Source: Eledone cirrhosa (Eukaryota). Taken from it: 64,000 nucleotides of DNA. How positions within the stretch are numbered: position 1 is the first letter of the stretch; each line of letters opens with the position of its first letter. Below are positions 1 to 13,446 of this stretch, piece after piece. The translations under genes and the position numbers were made by a program. The stretch covers positions 168,950,001 through 169,014,000 of the forward strand of contig OZ024743.1 of the NCBI GenBank assembly GCA_964016885.1, in the 5' to 3' direction. Below the pieces are notes generated by a model. It saw only the letters and a program-made list of their open reading frames with translations, searched no databases and had not been told where the DNA came from.

Positions 1-45
1 TAATACTAGTAATAATAATAATAATAAAAATAATAATAATAATAA

Positions 46-137
46 TTGTTTCTACTTTAGGCACAAGACCAGCAATTACCCAGTACATTACTGGTACTTT
101 ATTTTATCGACCCCGTAAGGATGAAAGGCAAAGTTAA
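46..137 (-). mobile_element. tRNA-derived SINE, 3' half, inside (TAA)n
   Basis: Reverse complement gives ctttgcctttcatccttacggggtcgataaaataaagtaccag...cttgtgcctaaagtagaaacaatt. Further minus-strand copies near 2003-2210, 2437-2625 and 3180-3292. Confidence 0.8.
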
Positions 138-159
138 ATAATAATAATAATAATAATAA

Positions 160-1985
160 TTGCAAGAGGAATTGCTAGAGGAGGCACTCTGGTCAGGCCA
201 TGGATGGATAGATTACAAAAAGGCATTCGACATGGTATCTCATGAGATCTTCAGGGTGGCAGATAACATCAGACAGTTGTTGAGCAAAAGTATGAAGTCC
301 TGGGAAACTGAGTTAACATCGGGTGGATAATCCTTGGGAGGCGTGAAAATCAAGAGAGGTATCTCTCACGGAGATAGTTTGTCCCCTATGCTGTTTTCCT
401 TACCCTGATACCCCTGACCGTTATATTGCGAAAAGTGAGAGCAGGATACAAGTTGGGAAAAGGAGAGCTTACCATCAACCACATCCTCTTCATGTACGAT
501 CTTAAACTCTTTGGGATGGGTGAGAAGGAGTTGGATGTGCTTGTTGACACTGTCCGTATTTTCAGCAAATATATATGGATGCAATTTGGTTTAATAAGTG
601 TGGAGTCCAAGTGATGAAGAGGGGTAAATTGAGCAACGGAATCCAGGTACCAACAGGTGAGAGGAAAAAGGAGATTGACACTGAAGAAGCATACACATAT
701 TAATGTGTTCTGGAGGCAGATGACATCAAGAACAAACAAATGAAGGAATTGATAAGATCTGAGTACATAAGGAGAGGAAGGAGCGTATTAAAATCATATC
801 TAAACAGTAGGAATGCCATAAGTGCAGTAAATTCCCGAGCTGTGTCTATTATTAGGTACAGTGCGGGAATTCTGAGATGGAATGTTGCTGAACAAAAAGA
901 AATGAATAGGAAGACTAGGAAGCTATTGACTATCTACAACATGATCCACAAGAGGAGTGATGTCGATAGACTCTACTTAAGGAGATCTGAAGGTGGAAGA
1001 GGTCTTATCAGCATAGAGGACTGTGTTCAGATGGAGAAAAACAACCTACCCAAATACGTGACTGATAGTAAGGAGCCAATGCTCAAAATTATACTGAAGG
1101 AGAAGACAATAGACCAGGGGATGTCCAAGGAGGAAATAACAACAAGGAGGAAGAGCAACCTTCACGAAAAATCCCTTCATAGCACCTTATTTAAGAAAAC
1201 GCAATTTAGAGATCCACAGACATGGAACTGGTTAAAAAGAGGAGACCTTAAAAAAGCTACAGAAGGATTGCTAATGACTGCGCAAGAGCAAGCCCTCAGA
1301 ACGAAGTGGGTGAAACACCATATTGACAAGGAGGAGGCTAGCTCACTGTGTAGGATCTGTAGAGAGAGTGGGGACTGTGGCTCACATTGTATCCGAGTGT
1401 AAACACCTAGCCCAGACTCACTATAAATGCTGGAGACATGATGTGATAGGCAGGGTGATCCACTGGCACCTATGCAAAGTAAACAATTTACCACATTCTG
1501 AGAAGTGGTATGAGCATAAGCCAGAGGCGGTGATAGAAAACGATCAGGTGAAGGTGCTATGGGATTTTAGGATACAGGCAGACAAGAAATTAGAACACAA
1601 TAGGCCTGGCCTGGTGGTTTTGGACAAGGAAAAACGATCGTGCCTGATTGTAGATGCAGCCTACCCATTTGACACGAGAGTGCAAGAAAAGGAGAGGGAG
1701 AAAATTAACCGATACCAGGACTTAAAGAGGGAGTTAAAAGGGATTTGGAACTGCCATGAAATCAAGGTGGTCTCGATGTCATAGGCGCATTAGGTATTAT
1801 CTCAAAGAGTTTCTAAGAATGGTTAAAGAGGATTAGTCCTGTCCCGTTTTGGAACACTTCAAAAGGCATGCTTGCTGGGAACAGCAAGAACCCTCCGATA
1901 TCTGAGGCTGCAGGTAGCGGCTTGATATTCATTTCAACAAACTTTCCAGTTAAATAACATCAATGACTGAGACTCAAGGAACAAT
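160..1985 (+). mobile_element. R4/Dong-clade non-LTR retrotransposon (family A), 5'-truncated, decayed
   Basis: DYKKAFD, GDSLSP, CRIC zinc knuckle, WRHD and RLE motifs with frameshifts. 3' UTR ends gactcaaggaac(aat)n. (TAA)n on both sides. Confidence 0.9.
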
Positions 1986-2204
1986 AATAATAATAATAAT
2001 AATGATTTCTGATTTAAGCACAAGGCCAACAATTTTTGGGAGGCGAAATTCAATCAAATCGACCCTAGTCCATTGCTGGTACTTTATTTTATTGACCCTG
2101 TAAAGATGAAAGGCAATGCTAAAAGGCTTTGAAATCAGAACTTAAATGTTGTAATTCTATGCCACGAAGCATTTGGTCCGACACACTATCAATTTTGCCA
2201 ATCC

Positions 2205-2430
2205 ACCACAAAATACATAGCCAAAATACACAGACAAAATACATAGCCAAAACACCAGGATTTACAAATATATACAGTATACAAAAGACACTATACTAGG
2301 CACTGCACACATGTTACGAAAAGTACTATCAATATAATAGAAACAACAACGGCAAAACCTACACTGCTCATACCCAAGGCGCACAGAGTTGTGCTCGGTA
2401 AAGCAGTAATAATGCGCAATAAAAATAATA
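2205..2430 (+). mobile_element. 3' end of a different R4/Dong family
   Basis: Translates to ...LGTAHMLRKVLSI-stop, followed by a distinct 3' UTR ending in (aat)n. Confidence 0.65.
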
Positions 2431-2624
2431 ATGATCAGTAATTTGGGGGAAGGGAAAGTCGATTAAATCGACACCAGTGCGTGACTGGTACTATATTTTA
2501 TCGACCCCGTAATGATGAAAGGCAAAGTTAACCTCGGTGGGATTTGAACTCAGATCATAGAAGACCGTAACTCTATCCTGCAAAGCATGTCATCCGACCG
2601 TCTACCGATATTGCCAATCCACCA

Positions 2625-3172
2625 AACTGCGGCTTACATGGTATCCGAGTGTAAACATCTTGCCCAGACTCACTATCAAGGCTGGAGGCAAAATATAATA
2701 GGAAAGGTGATTCACTGGTATTTATGCAAACTAAATAATTTACCACATTCTGAGAAGTGGTATGAGCATAAGCCAGAGTCGGTGATAGAAAACGATCGAG
2801 TGAAGGTGCTATGGGATTTCAGGATACAAACAGACAAGAAATTAGAACACAATAGGCCTGACTTGGTGGTTTTTGACAAGAAAAAAACATCGTGCTTCAT
2901 TGTATATGTAGCTTGCCACTTCAAAGTGGGAATTAAAAAAAGATGTGGGTCTGTTATGAGATCAAAGTCGTCTCGATTGTCATAGGTGTACTAGGTACTA
3001 TCTCGAAGAGTTTTCAAGGATGATTAAAGAACATTAATCCAGCTCCCTCCTTTTGGAACACTTCAAAAGGTATGCTTGGTGGGAACAGCAAGAAACCTCC
3101 GATACGTCCAGTATATCTGAGGCTGCTGGTAGCGGCTTGATGGTCAATCAATGACTAAGACTCCAAGAAAAT
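2625..3172 (+). mobile_element. R4/Dong family A 3' fragment (RLE domain and 3' UTR)
   Basis: VSECKHLAQ...LWDFRIQTDKKLEHNRPDLVV. Same 3' UTR, ending in (aat)n. Confidence 0.88.
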
Positions 3173-3406
3173 AATAATAATTGTTTCTACTTTTGGCACA
3201 AGGCCAGCAATTATCCCAGTGTATTACTGGTACTTTATTTTATCGACCCCGTAAGGCGGGATTTGAACTCAGACCATAAAGGGCCGTAACTGTTTGTGGT
3301 CTGAGTTATAATTTGACTTATATCCTACATTTAACTAATTCAGTAAAATAATCAATATAAATGCATTCCAGATTTTATAGCAACAACAATTTATTAGCCA
3401 AATATA

Positions 3407-3586
3407 ATTGTTTCTTCTTTTGGCACCAGGCCAGCAATTATCCCAGTACATTACTGGTACTTTATTTTATCGACCCCGTGAGGATGAAAGGCAAAGTTAA
3501 CCTCGGCGGGATTTGAACTCAGATCGTAAATGGATGTGACTATGATGGAAAGCATGTCCGACCCTCTACCGATACTGCCAATTCAT
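3407..3586 (-). mobile_element. tRNA-derived SINE, near full length
   Basis: On the minus strand: A-box-like tggcagtatcggtag, B-box gagttcaaatccc, central gcctttcatcc...ggggtcgataaaa domain (resembles the Meta-type SINE core), and family tail. Confidence 0.85.
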
Positions 3587-3642
3587 ACTGTCATTGGTTC
3601 AAATACGAGTCGGAAAATGTTTTTTAAATATTTCTTTATATA

Positions 3643-3800
3643 TCATCATCATCATCCTCGTTTAATGTCCAAATACCATGCTAGCATGGGTAGGATGGCG
3701 TGTACTTTTGTTAGAGATCAGATCGGGAGACCATGATTCGCTCAAACCGAACTGATTTTGGCTTGGTTTCTACGGCTAGTTGCCCTTCCTAACACCAACC
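3643..3800 (-). mobile_element. Short repeat with (GAT)n tail, probably an RTE-type 3' end
   Basis: catcatcatcctcgtttaatgtcc...ccatgctagcatggg. Related inverted copy at about 9855-9937. Confidence 0.5.
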
Positions 3801-3806
3801 ACACAC

Positions 3807-3838
<32 letters not shown>

Positions 3839-4456
3839 GAATATATATATAAATATTCCTTGCAAGAAGATATTTGATAGGAACGCTCACTCTGAATCAG
3901 GTTTTATTATATTTTGCTAGAATTGTATTTGTCAATTTGACAATTACTAAAACGCATTCAATAAAGTATTCCATTTTCTCAGTTACTGCTATTAGTACAG
4001 TTCTTCGTCGCATTTAATTAATTAACAGAGCAGATGTTTATCGAATAGCAAATTGACAAAAGTTACCCTAACGCAATACAATATTGTCTCATAAGGTTCC
4101 CAAAGTAGTTTTTTTTTTAACAAGGGGAATTTCATAAAACTTAAAATCTAATGGCCACTGATAGTAACGCAACAATAAATTAGTAATTTTAAATCATATG
4201 ACTCCACCAGAATAGATGAAGCTGTAACAGTATATTTTTTATAAAATACTTTAAATTGTAAATACTTTAAATTGTAAATGCGAAATTCTATTGTTTTGTT
4301 CCTCGGGTTGGCCAATTCCCTTATCGTTATTGGTACTGACGTTATGTTCTTCTCTAAAGCCCTCACTATATCACATAATCATGTAACGATAACATGTTGC
4401 TGAAAGAAGCGTATTTTGGAAAAAAGACTATACTGAACATTTATTTTATATTCCAG

Positions 4457-4500
4457 CATGGAATAGTACACTACGCATTAAACGAAGAAGAACGAGTGGG
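4457..4500 (+). CDS. grh: Grainyhead-family transcription factor, internal coding exon (HGIVHYALNEEERVG)
   Basis: Acceptor ttattttatattccag, donor gtaggt. Ends in phase 2 (GG), completed by the A that starts the 6009 exon. Resembles the GRHL2 linker GQVYYNTDDEREG. Confidence 0.6.
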
Positions 4501-5097
4501 GTAGGTTTGTTTTACCATTTATTATTGATGCTACCATCACAGTCATGATAATAATCATCATCATCGTCTTCGTCATCATCCTCGTCATCATCATCATCAT
4601 AATCAATCAACGAAGATGCGTAGCTGTGTGGTCAAATAATCCACTAGAAACTGCAACAAAATGTTCATCAAATCACAGCTCTACGGTCTTAAAAATGGAA
4701 GGAAACATCGTATATTGTAATACTTGATATTCTACGTGTGAACACACAGATAGGGTGCTTATAGCTATAATGTGTCTATGCCGGTGTCTTAGCCAGGAGA
4801 AGGTGGAGGGTGTGTCCATAGCCTCTTTAGGCTCCCTGAAACTATCTTCTTTAACAATCTCAAATGGACGAATTCAGGAAAATAATGTGCAAGAAGTGGG
4901 GTATGCTCGTTAAAGACTAACTTGAAGCAAAACAACAACATTTGTTAAGAAAACAAAGCATCTTCTTTGTGGTTGCTGAATCTTCTAGAAATAACATTCA
5001 TAATCCCCCTCCCCCGAGCATATCCTAACGTTTCAAAAATAGGCAGGATATACTAGGTTCTAGAATCTTAGATAAACAGTTCATGTAGTAAATTCTG

Positions 5098-5260
5098 GAT
5101 TGTCACAGTTAGACGTCTCTAACTAGGATATATAACCTTAGATACCCAATGCCTGGAGTAAAAACGGAGTAGTCACAGCTAGACAGGACTCACTAGATTA
5201 TATAAACTTAGATACGCAATGATTGTAGTAAGAACGGAGTGGTCACAGCTAGACAAGACA
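5098..5260. repeat. Tandem repeat of about 72 bp, about 2.3 copies
   Basis: gtcacag(t/c)tagac...tataa(c/a)cttag recurs at about 5102, 5172 and 5242. Confidence 0.65.
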
Positions 5261-5431
5261 CATTAGGTTGTATAACCTTAGCTAAACAATGCCTGTAGTG
5301 AACGCATATTCATTACGTTGTACAAAAGTGAAAAGACATTTTTCTACTAACTTCTTTCTGACAGTCAACACAACTGTTTTAAGAACTCTATCCCATTTGT
5401 GTACTTAGAATTAGGCCAGGCACATCGACTT

Positions 5432-5862
5432 TATGCACAAGGCCAGCACACTGTGGGGAAAGGAAAGTCGATTAAACCAACCCCAGTACCCGACTGGAAC
5501 TTTATTTCACCGACCCCGGAAGGATGAAAGGCAAAGTTGACCGCGGCAGAATTTGAACTCAGAATATAAAGAACGGTAAAAATATCAGAATGACATTTCA
5601 TCCCACGCTCTATAAATTCTACCAATTTATCTCACTTAATAAAAATAATTGTTTCTGATTTAGCAAAAAAGCCAACAATTTGGGGAAGAGAAAAGTTGAC
5701 TAAATCGACCCAAAAATCGGTACTGGTATTTTATTTTATCAATCCGTAAGGATGAAAGGCAAAGCTAACCTCAGCGGGATTTGAACTAAGAACCTAATGG
5801 GACATACTATATACCCGTAAATCATGTAGTCTGACACTCTACTGATACTGCCGATTCACCGT
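5432..5862 (-). mobile_element. Two older copies of the tRNA-derived SINE
   Basis: aggatgaaaggcaaag...atttgaact core occurs twice. Confidence 0.75.
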
Positions 5863-6008
5863 CCAATAATATATCATTAGCTTAAAAAAAGAAGAGAAAA
5901 ACCTATTACCTATGCTTGCATGGGGAAGTGGATAAAAGAAGTTAAAAAGAAACAAAACAAATTTAGAAAATCTTTTTAAATAAGGGTTTTACATTTGTTC
6001 TTATACAG

Positions 6009-6121
6009 AAATTCAATAACCAATAATACCAACACCAATATAGATGAGAACAGAGATGGTTACCCCCCTGCCAAAGTTCCACGACGAAATAACTTCCTAT
6101 ACTGCATGACCTATCAGAAAG
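6009..6121 (+). CDS. grh: Grainyhead-family exon (NSITNNTNTNIDENRDGYPPAKVPRRNNFLYCMTYQK)
   Basis: Acceptor ttgttcttatacag, donor gtaagc, open frame. The final G plus TT of the next exon gives the Val of V-M-L-Y-V-R. PPAK resembles the GRHL basic linker. Confidence 0.75.
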
Positions 6122-6379
6122 GTAAGCATATGTGTTATACATGATATAAGCCGTAGAAGAGGTTTATAGTTTTCTAAGTTTATTACTTACTTTGTAGTAA
6201 CTACTAAAAAGTTACTCTATGTTTATACACTAAAAATTGTTCTCTTCCAAACACTGACACTTTCTCTCTATTTGAATACACGTAGATGCACAAAAACACA
6301 TACATTCACATATACACTCATGCACGCATACATGCGCATCTACACACATACATTTGTGTTATATATATATATACATACA

Positions 6380-7082
6380 TGATGGCTGCCCCCTCGTTAT
6401 CGGGTATGATCATTTCCCGATATAACAGTATTAATAATTATTAGTTAATGCTATCGTGCAATGCCTGAGCGTGAAGATATTTTTTAAAATGAGGAAAGAT
6501 TGTGCATTGAACCAATGCCACTCTCTGAGCGACAGTAGCTATAACCCGAAAAGAAGAAAAGATCAACATCCTCAGTAACTACTGAACCGCAGGTTTTATG
6601 TCGGAGTTATCCCAATATCTTGAGTTGCCTTCTCCTAGAAGAATGCCGCAACAAAGGCTAGGGGTCCTTCACTCCCAGTGGTATAACCACGCGATCAGGT
6701 ATCCAGTCCGATTATTTCTATGTCTCCGCGCATATATATATATATATATATATGTATACATGTATATACATATATGATGGCTGCTCCCTCGTTATCGAGT
6801 ATGGCCATTGCACGATATACCATTATTAATAATTATTAATTAATTCTATCGTGCAATGCCTGTGCGTGAAGATATTTTTTAAAGTGACTGTGCACTGAGC
6901 CAATTCCACTCTCTGAGCGACAGTACCCATAACCCGAAAAGAAGATATGATCAACATCATCGGTAACTACTGAGCCGCAGGTTTTATATCGGAGTTATCG
7001 CATTTTCCTGAGTTGCCTTCTCCTAGAAGAATGCCCTGACAAAGGCTAGTGATCCTTCACTCCCAGTGGTTTAACCGCGCGG
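6380..7082 (-). mobile_element. Two tandem copies of a 340 bp non-autonomous RTE-like element
   Basis: Near-identical copies at 6380-6731 and 6776-7082, a + strand copy at 16386-16738 and a distant relative at about 7562-7978. RTE-like ctaggagaaggcaactc head and catactcgataacgagggggcagccat tail. Flanked by TA/TACA repeats. Confidence 0.7.
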
Positions 7083-7109
7083 TACATGTGTATATACATA
7101 TTTCCATAC

Positions 7110-7543
7110 TTTCGGATGGCCGTTGACTCTTATGAGTTATTCCGCCCTTTGTCAGGTTTTGTTTTTTGTCCTGCAGGGTGTCCAAAATCACCCTCCTCAG
7201 CAGGTAAACTTGGTGGGGTTGCCGATTTAGTCGCCGACGAACCGACCATGCGACAAGTTGTACTGTGTTACATGTTACTAGTAGCACACAAGAGTGACCC
7301 GACATATATATATATATATACATACGTATATATGTATATACATATTTACACATTTTTGGATGGCCGTTGACTTTTATGAGTTCTTCCGCCCTTGGTCATT
7401 TTTTTCTTTTTGTCCTGCAGGGTGTCCAAAATCACCCTCCTCACCAAGACAACATGGTGGGTTGCCGACGACCCGACAACCCGACCATGCGACAGGTTAT
7501 ACTGAGTTACATATTACCAGTAGCACTCAAGAGTGATCCGACA
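7110..7543. mobile_element. Two tandem copies of a 195 bp SINE-like repeat
   Basis: ggatggccgttgact...cctgcagggtgtccaaaatcaccctcctcacc...gtgacccgaca. Further copies at 7980-8172 and 41180-41357. All lie in TA/TACA microsatellites. Confidence 0.75.
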
Positions 7544-8234
7544 TACATACATACATACATACATGGTGGCTGCCAACTCGTTTTTGAGTACGGCCACTAC
7601 TTTATATCCATGTAGGAGAACACCTACCGATGCGCTGAACTAGTGTGACTTTTTAGTCCAGCCAGCGACTTGAAAACTCTGGTACAAACACTACACTTGT
7701 GACAATTATTGACGCATAGTGCTGGGCCCATGGTACCATGTGATGACAAGTGCAGAGAGATCTCCAAATATAAACCAATGCCTGTGCCGTGAAGCTTTTA
7801 TAGTGAGCAAAGGCACTGCACAAAGCCAGTCCACACTCTTAACCAAGATGATATTTACCAAAAAGAAGAACAAGTCAATATCATTGGATACCATCAGGGT
7901 TGCAGGTGTTATATCAGAGTTTTCCTTCTCCTAGAATTCTGCCTTGACAAAGGCTAAGGGGTCATCACTCCCGGTGATTTTGGATGGCCATTGACTCTTA
8001 AGAGCTCCTTTGCCCTTTGACAGGTTTTGTTTTTAGTCCTGCAGGATGTCCAAAGTCACCCTCCTCACCAAGAAACCTTGGTGGGGTTGCCAGTTTAGTC
8101 GCCAACGACCCGACCATGGGACAGACTGTACTGGGATACATGTTACCAGTAGCACCAACTGGTGACCTGACATAACATACATACATACATACATACATAC
8201 GCGCGCGCTCACACACAATTAATATATCAACAAA

Positions 8235-9722
8235 TAAAATATTCTGGCAGACCATCTGCCGACTTCGTAATAAGAAGCCCTCCCCCACACCTATCAAGGA
8301 CGTGAATCAGAGAGGTGCATCCTCGCGAGGTGGAGAGAATACTTTGTTGATCTCCTAAACCCGATCACAACAGCATCCTCGAATATACATGCGGTGACTA
8401 CGGGAACGGTGACTAATCTTTCAAGGCGCAGGTCGTAAGAGCAGTTAAAGAGCTCAAATGCGGTAAAAGCTGACGGGGGAGATGAAATCCGGCCCGAGAT
8501 GTTAAAAGCCTTAAATAGAGAAGGTATTCTCTGGCTGACTCGTGTTTGCTGGGTGGCCTGGATCTTTGGAAGGGCACCTAAGCAATGGCAATCGGAAGTG
8601 ATAATCACAATTTTTTTTGTTTTTTTTTGTTATTGAGACAAAATATGTTTTTCCAATTACAGAGGGGTCTCCTGGTTAAGCCTCCTCGGTAAAGTCTATG
8701 CTAAATGTCTGGCAAAGAGATAAGGGAGATTGTCGGGTCCTAGCTAGGTGATGAACAGTGTGGTTTTCTCCTCGGACGCAGCACAGCTGGCCAAATATTC
8801 AAACTGCGGTAGGTCATAGAGAAATCGAGAAAGTATTGCCAAGAAGTACATTCTTGTTTTGTAGACAGTATTCCTCGAGACCTGCTGTGGAAGGTTGTGC
8901 CGAACTATGGGATTGATGATCAGCTTCTTGCTGCCCTGATGTCTCTATACAAATGCCGGAGTATTTGTGTTCAGATAAATGGTGACAAATCGAAATCATT
9001 CGATGTAGGAGTCGGACTCCACCAAGGGTGCGTACTGTCACCTCTCCTATTTATTATTTTTATGACATACACAGCGGGGTTGGAAGTGATATCATGACAG
9101 GTGGGTGTAAGTCAGTCGGCTGGAATTTGCTCATGAAATGGTGTTACTCGGCAGAAGGTGATCTCCGACTTGCACTCGATATGTTTGATGCTGAGTGTTG
9201 CATGGATGGAATGAAAATCAGTACTGTGAAAACTCAGGCACTCGTCCTCCCAAGGAAGCTTGCGCAGTGCATGCTACATGTGAATGGAGTTCCACTGAAA
9301 CAGGTAGAGAAGTTCAAGTATCTCGGGCCGTGTCACGAGTGATGGAAGGCAAGAGGCTGAATGGAGTGCAAGAATTTCAAAAGGTGGTGCAATAATGCTC
9401 CACCTTCTGCATTCAGTAATCAGAAGTGAGGGAGATGTAAATGCCAAACTCGCTATCTTTAATTCAGTTTTTGTGCCAACCCTTACATGTTAGAATGTCT
9501 CAGGAAAGAATCGCTGGAGAGATTTTATGGACAAAACCAACTGGTGAGAGATCCAGGGGTATACCCCGAGCAAGATGGTTGGATAACATCCATGAACTTA
9601 ACTAGTCACGTTTGGGTGTCCAGTTGCATCAGATGGAGAATGTTGCTTCTGACGGGACCCACTTGAGGGAGTGTTTGAAGACTCTGCCACCACGACCCTC
9701 TCAGGAATAAGTGGACGAAGAA
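8235..9722 (+). mobile_element. RTE-clade LINE (Expander/Rex3-like), decayed 3' half
   Basis: FWQTI, WREYF.DLLNP, GGDEIRPEMLKAL, NYRG, GLHQGCVLSPLLF, QVEKFKYLG. 3' end ccacgaccc...ataagtggacgaag. Confidence 0.82.
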
Positions 9723-10585
9723 AAAAAATATATATATAGTAATAATAATAAATGCGAAGTTTCAGAAGATCCCGTTAAGGGTGAAAGCAGCCATTCTTTG
9801 CTTAAACTTTAATCTATTATTTTAATAAATATATATATATATATAATATGGAAACGGCTTCTACAGGACTAGGGACAACTCCTGTCTAACCCATGCTAGC
9901 GTGGAAAATGAACGTTAAACGAAGATGATGATGATGATATATAGTATAATTGGGGAGGGTCATATTGTTATAATATTGCCAGAAATAATAACAGAACACA
10001 CTCACTGTTTGGTTTGGGTTGGATTTCGCTTCTGTATCTTTTATATCTCCATAGTTAATTATTAGTACTAGCAGAAAAAAAACCCCTTTCGGGTGGTTTT
10101 CTGTTAGCATGTGTAGTGTGAATATTGAGATTATACATCAAATAAAATCGTAATTGACAATATATAATACATAGAAATTGAACGAAGACTGCGTTACTCT
10201 GTCTTATTTAATCAGTAACGTAATCCATGATACATTAAAAAAGACGATATTATATATAAACTGCATTAGGAGAAAATTAGTGACAGAAAATTAGTATGTT
10301 TATTTTAGCGATGGCCAACCGGAAGTGTTGACATTTCAGACATTTTAAAAAAGTGAATCTTTAAATAAACAAAATATATTTAATCAACAGTCACGAAATT
10401 TAGTAGATAAATTATGTAATATTCATTCATTATTTATTCAAAGTTATCCAACTTATTTTACTAATGGGATAACAAAAATTATAAATCGTACGCAGTCCCG
10501 CGCTCCTTACTTTATTATAGTTTAGATTATTTCTGGCAATATGACCCTACCAAGTAAAACAATATTTGTTTCGACACACGATTTG

Positions 10586-10624
<39 letters not shown>

Positions 10625-10627
<3 letters not shown>

Positions 10628-11535
10628 AAAGGTTAAACAAGGTTCAATGAATAAATCAATGAATAAAGTTTCACAATAGATTAGAAGCACTCCACAGTAA
10701 GGATTTCCGGAGTTATTAATATTAATTCAAAATATTAACAAATATAGACATTCATGTGATCAAGTATATTTTATTATACATATTTCAGAGGTACTGAGCT
10801 ATTTCAACAGTACGTCCTCATCAGATAAAATAAGTTGATGCTTGACATACCTTGACTATGTTGATGGTTAAATATATATATATAAGAAAATAGGGTTTGA
10901 AAAATGCAATGACTGATCTTTTGGTTATTTAGAAGTTTTCTGTATTAATATGCCAATTTGTTGATTACTTAAATATTTTTTTATATATTTGTGTTTCCTT
11001 TTACCGGTTTCACGATTTTTTCAAAAAGATTTTTGTTGCAGTATTTTGAGGAATTATATCATTTCTATTTATTCCACGTGGTTGGCTCCTTATTTTTTGC
11101 TAAACACAAGGGACACATCTGGTTTGATCTAAATTGCTTATATCAAGGAGAATATGGTTCATTACAAGGGAAGTAATTCAGGCATGTTTAAATTTTTTTT
11201 AAATAAAAATACTTTTTTATTTGTCTACAAAATTGAGTTTTGGCATGAATTTACTTATGAAAAATCTTTCCTTATCAATATACTTTTCCCGAGTGGAATT
11301 TTTGCTACACTGGTAGAATGGGAAGACATGGAAATTTGGCAAAATTCGTCCTCCATTCTTCTATATGTTGGTTTAAAGGGATCTTTCTGGTGTGCCTGTC
11401 CCTGATTTGTTGACGGTGAACTGTCATTCGTCTTCGGAGTGAAGTGCTTATGTATCCCATATAATGTTCGTGGCAACCTTTACAAGTTGTAATATATATT
11501 GGATTCTCTGTGGGTTCTGCACATGCAATTCTGGT
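10625..11535 (-). mobile_element. Penelope-like element 3' end (GIY-YIG endonuclease and pLTR with hammerhead)
   Basis: NPIYITTCKGCHEHYMG...LRRRMTVHRQQIRD...ERFFISKFMPKLN. Hammerhead downstream. Ends in (TA)n. Confidence 0.8.
10767..10832 (-). ncRNA. Minimal type I hammerhead ribozyme, intact core
   Basis: Minus strand reads tattttat-CTGATGA-ggacgtactg..cagtacctct-GAAA-tatgta-TA-ataaaata, with a perfect 8 bp stem I. Confidence 0.85.
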
Positions 11536-11544
11536 GGAGAGTTT

Positions 11545-12240
11545 GGGGCTGAGCAAGCTTTTCGCTCAATTGGTCCCAAAGCTGTTGTGCCCAGATCAGT
11601 AGCAAACAAGGAAAGATCTTTCGATGAAAGTTTTGAACAAGTGGGCTGTTTCTGCAGAGAAATTTTACCAGGAATGAAACGTAGCTCTACCAGTACGATC
11701 CCGAGGACAAAACGCAATGGAAGCAGTGGCTGCCCAGTGGTGGATGTGGGCCAGTCAAGGCAAACTTGGAGCGTTCAATAGTGAAGCTCATGGCCACCGT
11801 CTTCTGTGATACAGAGGGGATTTTGCTGGTTGATTTCCTCGAGAAGAAGAGAACAATTACAGCTGCATATTATGAAGGCATTTTGAGAAAACTGGCCAAA
11901 ACAATCGCGGAAGACCACCCGGGGAAGCTGCATCGGCGTGTCGTCTTCCACCACGACAATTCGCCCGCTCACAGCATTCGGCAGACATGAGTTGTGTTAC
12001 GCGAATTTCGATGGAAAATCACCTGACTCTCACCTTACAGTCTCGATTTAGCCCCATCCGACTTATTTTTGTTTCCAAACCTGAAAAAATGTTTGTTTCC
12101 AAACCTGAAAAAATTACCGTTTATTGAAGATTTAAAAAAGATGCTTTAACATGGTTTAATTCCCATGGCCCAATGTTTTACAGAGATTGATTTAAAGACT
12201 AGTATCAACGCTTTCAGAAGTGTATTGACCTAGATGTAAA
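11545..12240 (+). mobile_element. Mariner transposase fragment (DD34D region), pseudogenised
   Basis: KLMATVF.D.EGILLVDFL, VFHHDNSPAHS, PYS.DLAPSD, with stops and frameshifts. Confidence 0.88.
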
Positions 12241-12244
12241 GTTC

Positions 12245-13280
12245 CATACAATGTCATTAATTTTCTCGAGTTTCTATCTAATTTTGATATTTCTTCTTCA
12301 GTCCAACTGAGAATGGATTTTACTCTTTTTAAATATATACCTCCAACTCTTTCTTTAATTTATGTGTGCAAAATATCATCTAGTTCTAAGATCCCCAAAT
12401 ATTTATAACCACTATCTTCTGGTTCTCCCATAGTTTCTCCTGATGTCAGTCGTTATCCACTACAGGTCACTCTTTTCCCACTTTTCATGTTGAGTACAGA
12501 GCATTTGGAAATCCCAAATTCCATATCGATGTCACTGCTACATATCTGAATCGTTTTAACCAATGAGTCTATTTGGTTTCCAGACTTCCCAAATAGTTTC
12601 AGCGCATCCCTAAACAGAAGTTGTTTCATGAATGACTCTTGCTATCCAAATTGGTAGCCAATTTTCATATTTCTGAGTGTCAACGGCAAGAATGAGTTCG
12701 CTTGGAAGATATTTCTTTCAATTTCTAATTTTCCCAAAAAGACGTTGCTTGAGGAGAACTTGGAAAAAACTTTGTGATGTTGTCAGCAATACCAAACATC
12801 CGCAGGCATTCACCAATCCAAGAATGGGGCACCATATCATATACCTTCTTAAATTCAATTCAGGCCAGAGACATGTTTGTGTGATATTTCTTACAATACG
12901 TCAAAACTGATTTATCAATAACCATGTGATCCTTGGTACCCAGGACCTTTCCTACTTCCTTTTAGTTCCCATGGTAGTATTCATAGCAAAGCATATCATA
13001 TTCGCAAATATCCCAGTGTGAACCTTCCATATTATGTTTAGGCATCTTATAGGGCGGTAGTTTCCCACAGCATTCCGCTTCTATCTTTAATCACAAGCGT
13101 TGTTCTCCCTGTAACCATCGTTGTGGGGACTACACCTCTCTTGACACAATCATACAATTGTGCTGCTTGTTTCTCATGTATTGCATTGCATGTCTTCAAC
13201 CAAAAGCCGTGGATTCCATCTGGTCCGGGGGCTTTCCAGTTTGGTATCTTGGATACTTGAATATTTTTGAATATTTTTTC
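12245..13280 (-). mobile_element. Old R4-type RT fragment (another family)
   Basis: PNWKAPGPDGIHGFWLK, GRTTLVIKD, GNYRPI, YKYLGILE. Confidence 0.75.
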
Positions 13281-13287
13281 CAAAATA

Positions 13288-13430
13288 TTTTCTTTGTTGG
13301 CCACAAGGACTAACATGAAGAAAAACATTACAGACCGTACAGAACGATACAGGACAATACAGTGTGGGGTTTTGACCGTGTGAAAAAAAGGCTATAACAA
13401 AGAAAACATAGAAATGTGTAGAAACATAGT
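13288..13430 (-). mobile_element. Solo Tx1-like 3' UTR
   Basis: Reverse complement matches the Tx1 3' UTR at 24920-25050 (gtctgtaatgtttttcttcatgttagtccttgtggccaa). Confidence 0.8.
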
Positions 13431-13446
13431 AGTATATACTTTCCTT

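Noticed and set aside
11766-11990. SETMAR-like host gene
   Set aside because: Decayed mariner fragment with stops and no SET domain.
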